Shown: piece by piece, positions 1-11,773 of the stretch
Layout: each line of letters opens with the position of its first letter
Position numbering within the stretch: the stretch's first letter is position 1
Assembly: GCA_013265495.1 (NCBI GenBank)
Contig: MU058384.1
Span: 1,365,690 to 1,429,689, forward strand
Direction: 5' to 3'
DNA length: 64,000 nt
From: Vicugna vicugna
Taxonomy: Eukaryota
Translations under genes and position numbers: made by a program
The notes under the pieces: generated by a model
What the model saw: only the letters and a program-made list of their open reading frames with translations
The model's database searches: none
What the model was told of the DNA's origin: nothing

Positions 1-444
1 GGTACAGTCTTTAAGAGAATACTGAAAGCCCAGCCAGAGAACAAGCTCTTGGCAAAATTACAGAGTAAGTGATGTTTTAAGTTGTGTATCTTTGACCCTC
101 TTGTTAGAATTCAGTATCTGTTGAAAGCAGGCCCATTGTTATGTTCAACTTTGCAATTCCTTCCTTTTGTCTTTACCCTCAGCCTCACTTCTTCTGGTCT
201 AATCGAAGGCCTCAGAGTAGACACCCAGGAAACATCTAGACTCCATAACATTTGTCTATGCCCCATGCCTTCTCTCTCTCTTATGTCCTTAACTCTCCAG
301 GATATTCAAACAGAATCCTTGTGAAGACCCACTCTTCCTAAGAATTTTGGCATGCTCTTGCCTAGGGATCCTAAAATTTGTTGACGGAGTGATCACCCAC
401 TCCTATCAACAATAAAATCTTTCTAAACTAATATATGCTATACA

Positions 445-1208
445 CTTATAATTCTGTCCCCAATTCCAATTCTTATATGTGTGGTTTCTTTCCTCACCAC
501 CAAGCAACCTAGAGATAGAATCAGAATCCACGGGTTAGGGGCTCGGTGTCACAAGGCTATCCCCATTTGGATGCCAGTCACAAGTCCAAGCTGTCACTTG
601 GGCTTCTACCAATCAAATATAGATCAGAGGTTCCCATAACTTCCTCCTCAGATTTGACTAATTTGCTAGAGTGGTTCACAGAACTCAGATAAATATTTAC
701 TTACTGGATTACTGGTTTATTATAAAAGGATATAACTCAAGAACAGTTACATGGAAGAGACACATAGGGCAAGGTATGAGGAAGGGGCTCAGAGCTCCCA
801 TGCGTTCTCTGGAGGCAGCACTCTCCCAAAATCTCCACTGGTTCACCATCCCAAAAGTTCTCAGAATCCTGTCCTTTTGGATTTTTATGGAAGCTTCATT
901 ACATATGCATAATAAATTCCATTATTGGCCACTGGAGATTGAACTCAATCTCCACAGCCCTTTCCCTTCTTCAGAGGTCAAAGGGTGGGACTGAAAATTC
1001 CAATCCTATAATCACCTGACAGGTTCTTCTGGTGCCCAGGCCAAATCCTTAGGTGACCTAAGGGCATTCCAAAAAGACACCTCAATAACATAGCAAAAGA
1101 TAACCTTTACTTTCTTCTAATTTAGGAAATTCTGAGCATTTGGGGAGCTCTGTCAGGAACTGTATGAAGACCAAATATATATTTCTTAATATAAATCACA
1201 ATATCACA
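445..1208 (-). mobile_element. MER21-like solo LTR
   Basis: Minus strand begins TGTGATATTGTGATTTATATTAAGAAATATATATTTGGTC, the MER21-type 5' end; internal 'aatttgctagagtggttcacagaactcag' is typical. Left boundary approximate. Confidence 0.8.
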
Positions 1209-2840
1209 ACACTAATATATATAGCAAATTAATCTAGCAAATTAATCAAATTGTTTGTTTGGAGTTTTTTTTTTTTTTTGACTGGGAAACTGTTAGTTTT
1301 ATTTCTTTTTGTAAGTTTGTGATTTAAGTATTCTAAGACCTTATTCTTGAGTTACTTAGGAAGAGGGCATGATTGTGCAGAAGACAGGGACATGAAGAGA
1401 AAAGAGTGGGAACACACAACATTAAGCTTCCATAACAGAGTCCCCAGTGGAGATGGTCCAAGCTAGTGGAGCTACTTTTTACCCCAAAACTTAAAACTCA
1501 GGACACATCTATCTATGGTGCCACATTAGCTGGAAGTAATGGAGACATCTGATTTCAAATTCACATTTGAAATGCTTGCTTGCAATCAGTAGGGATCCAA
1601 GCAAGTTGATGGCTCTAAGGATTTAGCTTCATTGACACAAATTTTTCACTCTACCAAAAGATAGGACACAAGCTCACTGTCCAATCATGCTTGCTGAAAA
1701 TACTGCAGCCTGAGTGTAGACAAACTTCCCCTGATGTTACTAGAAGTTGTCTTATGTCTGACAGTTGCAGGATTACCATGCATCTTTCAAACACTTCTTT
1801 TCTGAGGATATACACACATATATGTGTGTACATGTCTATATCTATTTGTACACACAAATAGATATTTTAACAGAATGGATTAAGCAAGAAATATATGTTC
1901 TTGAAATAATTTTCTTTTTCCTTATTGATGTACAAAAGATTTTGCTTTCAGAAAATATACTATCAGTGATAATGCATTTTTTGGAAAAACAATGTTGAAA
2001 ATGCTTCACTCTTTTTAAAAACCTTGGTTTAACACTCACAAGTATACTAATTCAAAAGTATGGTCATAACTTCAATTTATTTAGATTCTTAATTTTTGTG
2101 GCTGCCATAGCTGGAAAAGACATCTCTCAAAGATAAGGGCATTTATACGGAAGAAGTCCATCATTGTCTGCACTTATAAAATCACACTAATAATTTTTCA
2201 ATCCCACTCATAATTTTGAAAAGAATTTTGTTGAAATGTACCTATAAATTTGTATTGTCCTTAACGTCATTTAGTTGTTTGAGGAAATAAATTGAAGGTA
2301 ATTTTATACTGGTTAAAAAAAAAATAGGCACAGTTGAAGTTCCTTCTCTGTTACACATTAAAACAAGTTTGGGAATCCTTTTTTACAAAGTTTTTAAGTA
2401 TTTAGATGTGAGACTTTAAACAGATGACATTTTGCATTATTTTTAGCAACAAAATTACCCTAAATTTTCCTAGTATGAATTTTTAAAAGCTTTCTCCATG
2501 GCATAAATATCTCAAAAAAATTGCTTTCTCACTCTTGTTAAAAAATGGCACATTTACAAATGTATATACCAGATCACTTACCACTGACAGCAAATTTCTC
2601 ATAATTTGTATGCTAAAGAGCTTCTATGAGGGACACAAGTGTCAATTGTGCTATTTTCTTGTTTCCTTGTACCTGCCTTGTTAGTAATTTCATAGCCAGT
2701 TTCCTTTATAGGCATCTTATTAATAATGGCACTTGTCTATTTTGTCCATTACCTAAACTGGATAATGTGATGAATTAAGTAAATTAATGTGGCTTCACAG
2801 TAATGAAATTCAGTATATCACATTATTAAAAGCAAATGAG

Positions 2841-3766
2841 GTTAAGAGATGTGAAGAAAATATTTTCAAATCACATACCCAACAAAGAGCTTCGATCCAG
2901 AATATATAAAGAATTTTCAAAACCCAACAATAAGAAAATACAGACTCAATTTTAAAAAGAGCAAGAGAATAACAGATAAGTCACCAAAAAAGATACAATA
3001 ATAACAAATAAGCACAGGAAAAGACATTTAATGTCATTAGCCACTAGGAAAATGCAAAATAAAATCACAGTGAGATACCACTACATACCTATTAGAATGA
3101 CTAAAATAAAAAATACTAATAACTACTGGCAAGAATGTGGAACAACTAAAACTCTCATGTATTTCTGGGGAAATGCAAAATGATAGAGCTATTCTCAAGA
3201 ACATTTTGATGGTTTCTTATAAAGTTAAACATATACTTACCATATGATCCAGTGATTCTACTCTTGAAAATTTACCTTAAATAAATGAAGACTATGTTCA
3301 CTTAACCAGTATACAAATGTTTACACAGATCTTTTTTTTTAAAATAATTTCCAAAACTGGAAACAATACAAAGGGATTTCATTGGGTACATGGATAAACT
3401 GGCATAGTCACACAATGGAATACTACTCAGCAATAAACAGGAAAAAACCTATTGATAGACACAACATGAACAAATTTCATAGAAATCACATTGATTGAAA
3501 GAAGCCAGTCTCCAAAGGTCACATTTGTATGACTCCATTTTCATGATATTCTTGAAAAGATAGAGAATGGTTGCCAGGATTATGGGTGTAGAAGGCACTA
3601 CAAAGATACAGTCTGAGGGAGTTTTTATGGTGATGAAATTGTTTTATATCTTAATTATGGTGGTGATTGTATGAATCTATACATGTATTAAAATTTAGAG
3701 ATTTATAGACCAAAAGGAAAAAAGTTAAATTGCTGTATGATAATTTCCAAACTAGAATTAAAAATT
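2841..3766 (+). mobile_element. Old 5'-truncated LINE-1 (L1MD/L1MC-like ORF2 end plus 3' UTR) with TSD
   Basis: L1 motifs 'aatgcaaaataaaatcacagtgagataccactacatacctattagaatg' and 'cacaatggaatactactcagcaataaa'; flanked by direct repeat attaaaagcaaatgag at 2825-2840 and 3764-3779. Confidence 0.9.
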
Positions 3767-3969
3767 AAAAGCAAATGAGTTCATAGTCAGCCTATCAGCA
3801 TTATGACAATTTGACATAGGGACTAATTGGAGAGCATAATGATGTTAGTAAAGCCTAATTCATTGCCTTTAGGTGAAAACTAAATAGAAATAGAAATGTT
3901 AGTATGTTTTCTTGTGACTCACTAGATTGTCCAAGCACATACCTGACTTTGCAGACTACAGAAAACTAT

Positions 3970-4060
3970 ATGGTGTGAGGACCAAGAATTTTAATCTTAA
4001 CAAGCTCCTACTTGACATTGATGCTGCTAACATGGGTACCACACTTTGAGAACCACCACT
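3970..4060. mobile_element. MER5-like hAT-Charlie fragment
   Basis: 'ttaacaagctcc...tgatgctgct...accacactttgagaaccac' matches the MER5A terminus, followed by ctctag. Confidence 0.7.
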
Positions 4061-4064
4061 CTAG

Positions 4065-4499
4065 CCTACTTTATCCATTGTAGTAGCCCTTATAGCCCTG
4101 TGTGGCTATTTAAATTTTAATTAAATTTTTTTTAAAAAAAAAAGTTAAAACTTTAGTTTCTCATTGGCATTAGCCACATTTCAATTGCTCCAGAGTCATT
4201 ATTTAGTATGTGGCCTTTTAAGAAATAGTTTCCTGACTAGCCTAGGGAAGCACTCCCCAGACAACTCAGTGATGATGGAAATGTTCTGTATCTGTACTAA
4301 CACAATGGTCACTAGCCACATGTGATGAATCAAACTTAAATTTTACTTAATTACAAAGAAGCAAAATTAAAAATTTAATTCCTCGGTCCTACTTGTCACA
4401 TTTCAAATAGCCAAATATGGCTAGTGGCTACCATATTAGATAGCACAGATATAGAATATTTCCATCATCACAAAGGGTTCTGTGTATTGGAAAACACTT
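4065..4499. mobile_element. MER3/MER33-like hAT-Charlie MITE pieces (partial ~4065-4200, near-complete ~4248-4499)
   Basis: 'gtgatgatggaaatgttct...ctagccacatgtg' mirrored by 'ggctagtggctaccatatt...aatatttccatcatcac' (internal inverted repeat). Confidence 0.8.
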
Positions 4500-4507
4500 C
4501 TCTAGAT

Positions 4508-4728
4508 TATGGGTTAGGGAATCTTTTCTTAAAATTTGCTTAATAGTAAATAGTAAATAATTGAGGTTTCCAGACCCTGTGGTCTCCATCACAACTACTC
4601 AGTACTGCCTTTGTAGCTAGAAAGTAGCCATAGACAATAAGTAAACCAATGGGCATGATTGGGTTCTAATGAAACTTAATTTACAAGAACAAGCAGCTGG
4701 TCTACAGGCCATAGCTTGCTGTCCCCTG
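4508..4728. mobile_element. MER58A-like hAT-Charlie MITE
   Basis: 'acaactactcagtactgcc...agccatagacaataagtaaa...ggccatagcttgctgtcccctg'; degenerate 8-bp TSD ctctagat (4500-4507) / ctccagac (4729-4736). Confidence 0.8.
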
Positions 4729-5241
4729 CTCCAGACCATCCCCATCACCAAGACTTCAAAGTCCCTGGGGCCCTGCTTTCATACCACAAAATGAACACCC
4801 CATATATTAATAGAAATATGGAACTGGGAGAGTCTTCCAACAGCCCTCATGGCTACTTTAACTCTGGTTATGTCAAGATAATGTTCAAATATTGCTAAAA
4901 GACTAAGTAGTATTATTGGGGGAATTTAATATCAAGTGACAGGAAAGTTTGGCTCTGTGGCAAGCCTAAAATAGAGACACTTTGATGCAGATTGAAACAC
5001 TTTGGAAACTGTTGCTTTACTGGCTTAGAATAGGAGAAGAACCACTACGGAGCACTGTTTTTCATTGTTTCATTTACTGCTTCACAGTGTCTAACTCCAT
5101 GTATTTTTTTCACTATTTGGCCCATAGTTTTCTAATTCTCCACAACAATATAACTCAGATCTTTGCAAATATCTTCTCAATATAATACTGCTTTATTCCT
5201 ATCTAATTATACATTAGATTACATTACTGCACACTTGTTTT

Positions 5242-5566
5242 TTTTTTTTTACATTTTTATTGATTCATAATCATTTTACAGTGTTGTGTCAAATTCCAGT
5301 GTTCAGTACAATTTTTCAGTCATACATGGACATATACACACTCATTGTCACATTTTTTTCTCTGTGATTTATCATAACATTTTGTGTCTATTTCCCTGTG
5401 CTATACAGTGTAATCTTGTTTATCTGTTCTACAATTTTGAAATCCCAGTCTATCCCTTCCCACCCTCTACCCCCCTGGTAACCACAAGTCTGTATTCTCT
5501 GTCCATGAGTCTATTTCTGTCCTGTATTTATGCTTTGTTTTTGTTTGTTTTTGTTTTTTAGATTCC
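5242..5566 (-). mobile_element. Young lineage-specific L1 3' end (camelid-type), 5'-truncated
   Basis: Pure poly(T) to 5250, L1 3' UTR motifs 'tttccctgtgctatacagt' and 'ggtaaccacaagtctgtattctct'; perfect 13-bp TSD gcacacttgtttt at 5229-5241 and 5567-5579. Confidence 0.92.
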
Positions 5567-6429
5567 GCACACTTGTTTTATGCTATGACTATTAATACTT
5601 TTCTCAGATGTCTAGTACTTGATTCCATTAAAAACCAGTACAGTAAATTTTAGTTCATTTGGTGTTTTCCATACCTCTAGTTACTCCAGTTTCAGTGTTT
5701 CCTTGTTGGAAATGTAGTAGACTGTCAACCAACAACCAAGGAAAATGCAAATTCTTATTTAGAAACATCTAAGCAAAAATCCACAGTAGGTAGTGAGCAC
5801 TCTATGCTTTATCTATAACTATGGGTACTTCAGTCCAATTTTTCTTCTTTAGAGACAATTTCCCTTATCTTAAAATTACTTGGCTATTTCAAATTTTATA
5901 CTTATATCATTATTAATAAAGCACATATTCCTATAGTACTGAAGTAATTAGAAGAACAGCTTTTACTATGTGTACATTATCTGATAATTGAATTACAAAA
6001 TTAACCTCATGGGACATAGACTAAAGAAACAGCAATTATCTGTAACAAGCTGTAATTCCATCATGAACCTTGCTAATAGTAAAAACAAATGTAAATAAAA
6101 CAAATGAACAACAAAAGTTATGAAGGTCAAATTCTAATTTTAAGTAAGTAGAATTGAATAAGTAAAATTTATCACTTAATGCAATGATAAAAGTGTTTAT
6201 TTAGATATATTTCTCTTTTAGTTTTATTTTTCTCTAGGATTTTTTGTCTATATCTTCATATACTGATGTCCACTTAGGCCTTTTGTTTCATTTCTCACTC
6301 AAAATATGTTTACCTTCTTAAGCACTAAATGTAATTGGAAGCAAATTTATTCTGTAACCATATAACCAACCACTACCCAACATCCAGTACTTGTGTGCAG
6401 GGAAGATACACCACATAAAGAGCAGTTTT

Positions 6430-6515
6430 CAGTATGTGCTGCCACTACCATATTTGTAATCTTGGAGAGCTCCTTAACATTTCTGAACCTCAATTTCCTC
6501 ATCTTCAAAACGAAT
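6430..6515 (+). mobile_element. MIR core fragment
   Basis: 'gccactacc...ttaacatttctgaacctcaatttcctcatcttcaaaa' MIR core. Confidence 0.65.
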
Positions 6516-6681
6516 TACATACCTTTTAATTTTGATTTCAGTTCTGATATTCTGTGATTCTATAAAGGTTGTTGTTTTGCTTGCCAGAATATTAATATTA
6601 ACAGTATGCCAATCACAAGGTTGAGAATAACCTCATTCAAAGCACCACATACCTGATCATGTCTATAAAGAACACGTAGTA

Positions 6682-8470
6682 TGAACCAAATGAAAATGAA
6701 AAAAAAAATCAGAATTTGTGGGATACAGCAAGGCAGTGCATAGATGGAAATTTATAGAATAGAATGCATGTATTATAAATAAAGGAAGATCTAAAATTAA
6801 TCATCTAGGTTTTCACCTTATGAAACCAGAAAAAGAAGAGCAAATTAAGTCCAAAGTAATCAGAAGAAAAGAAATAATAAGAATTAGAGCAGAAATCAAT
6901 GCAATTGAAAACAGGAAGTCAATAGAGGAAATTCAATAAAACCAAAGCTTGGTTCTTTGAGAATATCAATAAAATTGATAAGCCTCTAGTCAGGCAATCT
7001 AAGATGAAAAGAGAGAGGACACAAATTACTAATATCAGAAAGCAAGATAATCAATCCCTTGACATAAAAAGGAAAATAATATGAACAGCTCTATGTTCAC
7101 AAATTTGACAACCTAGATGAAATGGACCAAGTCCTTGAAAGACACAATTTGCCAAAACTCACCCAAGAAGAAATAGATAACCTGAATTGGTCTATATCTA
7201 TTAAAGAAGTTGAATCAATAATTTACAACCTTCCAAAACATAAACCACCAGGCTTAGATAGGTTCACTAGTGAATTTTACCAAACACTTAAGGAAAAAGT
7301 TGTACCAATTCTCTACAGTCTGTTCCATAGATAGAAGCAGAGGAAATACTTTCTAGCTCATTCTGTGAGGCCAGTATCACTCTAATATCAAAATCAAAAA
7401 ACTCTTAAAACTCAATAAGAAAACAAACAACCCATTTTTAAAAATGGACAAAAAGCATTAACAGAAAACACCTCACCAAAGAAGATATGCAGTTGGCCAA
7501 TAAGCATATAAAAGATATTCCACCTTATATGATATCAGGGAAATGCAGATTAAAAGGAGATTCTACTACACATCTATTGGAATGGCCCAAAGTGGAACAC
7601 TGACAAAACTAAATGGTGATGAGGATATGGAGCAACAGGAACTCTTGTGCATTGCTAGTGGGAATGCAAAATGGTACAGCCACTCTGGAAGACAGTTTGG
7701 AGGTTCCTACAAAACCAAACATACTCTTACCATATGATTCAGCAATCAAACACCTACTGGTAGTTACCTAAAGAAGCTGAAATCATATCCACACAAAAAA
7801 CTGCACATGGATGTTTATAGTAGCTTTTTATTTATAATTGCCAAAACTTGGAAGCAAACAAGATATCCTTCAAAAACGAACAGATAAATAAATTATGGTA
7901 CATCCAGACAATGGAATATCATTCAGCACTAAAAAGAAATGCACCATCAAGCCATGAAAAGACACAGAAGTATCTTACATGCATATTAGTAAGTGAAAGA
8001 AGACAATCTGAAAAGGTAACATATTATATGATTCCAACTATATAACATTCTGGAAAGGCAAAACTATGGAGACAGGAAAATTATCTGCAGTTGCCAGGGA
8101 CTTGTGGGAGGAGGGAGGGTGGCAAGGGATGAATAGGCAGAGCACAAAAGATTTTTAGGGCACTAGAAATACTCTGTATGATACTATAATGATAGATACG
8201 TGTCATTATACCTTTGTTCAAAATCATAAACTATACAACATCAAAAGTGAACTGTAATATAAACTATGGACTTTGGGTAATTATGATGTGTCAGTGTAGG
8301 TTCATCAATTATAAAAAAAAATGTACCATTCTGGTGGGGGGATGTTGATAATGAAACAGGCAGTGAGTGTATGGGATCAGGGAGTATCTGGGAAATCTCT
8401 GAACCTTCTCCTCAATATTTCTTGGAACCTAGAAATGCTCTAAAAAATAAAGTGTTAATAAAATTTTTTA
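6682..8470 (+). mobile_element. Old LINE-1 (L1MC-like): degenerate ORF2 pieces plus 3' UTR, with internal deletion near 7398
   Basis: ORFs 7122-7334 (LPKLTQEEIDNLN...PGLDRFTSEFYQT), 7543-7737 and 7848-8045 (KLWYIQTMEYHSALKRN) are L1 ORF2 remnants; 3' end 'gggaaatctctgaaccttc...ctaaaaaataaagt'. Confidence 0.93.
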
Positions 8471-11339
8471 ATAAAAATTTTTTAAATATTGAAGGAAAGG
8501 GGGAAAAAAGAGCATGTACCAGTGGAAGGAATAACAAGAGATATTTGCCTCAAATACAGCTTTTGTAAAATAAAAGAAAATGTAATGAGACATAACATGC
8601 AGCACTGTCAAAGCCATGCTTAGGGTGCACAATGCAATCTGACTCAAAGTGAACGTAATTGATGCTGTCAACAGTAACCAAAGGTCTTAATTTCTTAAAA
8701 AACAAGACTATGACGATTTCTTTCTGTCACATCAAAATCCAGAACAGAGCTCTTCAGACAAGTAGGTGCTATGTAAATGTGTTTTTAATCCATTGGTGGA
8801 GTGCATCTATCAGTATAGGCTGACAAATTTACACACAAATATTAAGTCACCAACAAACATAGGCAGAAACTCACCAAACCCAAAAGGCAACAGCTTTGTC
8901 CTTAATATAAAGAACAAATGTGCTGTACTCTCAAGGTGGAAGAACCGTTGTGCAGAAATTAGCCTATAGGTCAATAATGAAATGCTTAAGACACAGTCAG
9001 GAGCAGAAATTTGGGACATGAAAGACAGTGTTATTGTTGTACATCTGTATGACCCTAAGTACCATTTTATAAACCATTAAAAACTGTCAGGTCTCCCATG
9101 ACATCTTATATTCTCATAAAAAGTCACAAATGCTAAATTAAGTTTGAATTTGAATTAGCAAAGAGTAAGAAAATCAATTTAAGTGTTCCCAGTGCGATCT
9201 CAACCCTTGCACTCTTGCTTTGCATCTGTGTATTTCATTAGTATATTTTGTTACATGATCATGTAATATTTATGCAGTAACATAATATTCTCTGTACATC
9301 TAAGATTAGAGAAAAAGTGCAGTTCCTTTCCATTATTTTGTGCCCTTTATCTGCTGAACACTCTGTAACATTACCCGGGGTTTGATGATTATGTAATGAG
9401 GGCTCCTATTATAATACATGCCGCACAGTTGGAAGATTGCTGTGGGAACCGTAACTCCGCAAATTCTGAGTTTTGGAACAATTAAAGCCTTGGTTTTAAT
9501 ATTACATTCACCTCATTTTTTCCCAAAATATTTTGCTTTTTTTCCCTTAAAACCCTTAAGTACTGCAGTAGAAGAAATGTAACAAGAATTATAGGAAAAA
9601 GTTCCACCGGAGATGAAATAACAGCTGCCATCTGGTGCATAACAGATGTGTGTTCCACGAACCCTTTTTTTTTTTCTTTTTTCTTTTGAGTTTTCCTATC
9701 CAAGTCCTGGCCAGACCCAAACACTATGCCTAGCTTATGAGATCTGACAACTTTACAGCCCTGAGCTGACTGACTGCAGGCTAATGTTTTTCCTTGAATT
9801 CACTGAAGCCCCAGGGAATAAACTAACAGGTTCAAGAATGATACTCAGTGGTTATTTTCCTTCAGAAAGCCTTGAAGAACTGCCACTAAGTTCACTTATA
9901 AGAAATAAAGTCCAAAAAGTTTTCCAACAAAGGATCATTAAAGAGTCTGTGCCTTGGAAGTCCGATATTCAAGGCTTGACGCCATTAGCAGTTGCTGTTC
10001 CCAAACAGAGAAAGGAATCACCTGGAGGACCCCGTGGTTGCTTCCATCCAAGCAAAATCATCCAAACCTGATTAGCCATTAACATTTGCACAAGTACAAC
10101 CCTGCTGAAACCGGCAGAGCCACCTGTTCTCTAGCACCTGGTCATGGGCCCTCCCATTTCTGGGGCTGGTGATTTCTATCAGAAGGCACTGACACATGTG
10201 GCAAGGAATTAGAAATTTACGGTGCTATCACCTTTGTGATTTTATAAATTGAGAAAGAGTTTTTCTAAAAGGTCAAATGACCAAATTAAAATTAAAAAGT
10301 CATTTTTTCCCAGATAGTCCATGGAAGTGATATTTTCTTTACAAATGTGTGTTTGCTTCCGGAGCTCAAGAGCTAATTACACCAGTTCTCAGATTTTGTC
10401 ATGGTGCTTGTTTTTATGGGTCAGATTCATCTATTCTTAATGCATTATGATCGTAACGCCTTTGCGTTTATGCCCTTAGAGTTTAACAGTTCATTTCTTT
10501 TTTCAGTGAATGTGACCATTGTCTTTTTTGGCTTCCATCAACTTGGCACTAGAGAGCTCAATCAAAGAAACATAGGTGACAATAACTGTAGTCTTTAGTT
10601 CTGAGACAATACAGGTGTCATTGCTGGAACTCCCTGCTCCATGTTTTTTTCTTCTCTTGATATGGCCCCAGAGAGGCTTAAATTTCCATTGGTGGTAATT
10701 AAGTATTTTTCTCTCTAAAGCCATTATCATATAGAAACATTTTATTCCTTAGGACCTCAACCATGCTGGAGTTCTAGATGCTGCCCTGAGGGCCATTCAG
10801 ACATTTTCCTGCATTGTGAGGGGTTTGTCTCCTTTCTGCCATACTATTGCTTCTGATGATGTGGGTTCATGATGCAGTGTATTGCTTTACTAATTGCCAC
10901 CTTGTCATCAATGCCCCAGTCATCACCATCATCGCCATCATTTCATTTCTCCTCTAACTTCACCTCCTGCAATAAATGCCAGCCTATGCACTTGGTAAAA
11001 ATAGGAAGGAACCTAGAGAGTCAACTCAAGATGATTGGCTGTTTGGTTGTGGAGTTAATGTGTTTATAACACACAGTTGTACATAAAAATCATTGCTGAA
11101 TGCAAATTAGTCCATCATAAAGTTGTATGTATGTCAGTAAATAAACACTAAAAAATATGGATAATTTAATTATAAATCACTGGGAAAAAGCCTATTACTG
11201 GCCTCCTAAATAGGGTGTTTTCGGGGTCTCAGTCCTTACAACAGCCCAATTTTACAACACTTTCATTGGAATAATCTTGCAGTGCTACTCTCTGGAAACC
11301 TAAAATAATTTCCTTTGGGGCTGGGGTTGGGGCAGGGAA

Positions 11340-11773
11340 TAGAAACTGAAGGCAACATAATTTTCTGCTCCTACAAGAAGCAATACTTTTGAAAGCAAAG
11401 CAAATTTAACTTAGCTACTGGCAGCGGAAGTACTTGTTCCTTGAGGATAAGAATGTGAACCAACTAAATAGATAACTTATTAAGAATTACAGCTTGCTCA
11501 TCAAGAACAGATTCCAGACCCTGGCTTCTCAGAGCCCATCAATCCAAAGTAATAAACTTTCTCCAATTTCAACTAGTACTCTATCTTACAAGACCTGGCC
11601 AAAACCTTTCCCAGTCCAGGCCCTAAAACCTTGTTCAGTACCCTACCCTGACTTCTCCATTCTGAAACATAATTAAGATATCACCAAGGTGGTATTCTCT
11701 CTCATCTAATAAACTTAGTTTTCCTTGATCAACAGGTATTTCTAGTAAACTTTTAAGGAGTCAACAGTTGACA
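11340..11773 (+). mobile_element. 5' LTR of ancient ERV1-class provirus (MER110-like, tentative)
   Basis: Colinear similarity to 16732-17195; AATAAA near 11708; ends ...gttgaCA followed by a PBS-like sequence. Confidence 0.7.

Noticed and set aside
1222..1248. Tandem duplication tagcaaattaatc x2 (similar small cases at ~58090 and short hairpins at ~26428 and ~27690)
   Set aside because: Ordinary slippage or chance-scale structures.
7122..8045. ORFs with protein-like sequence
   Set aside because: Broken L1 ORF2 fragments, not host genes.
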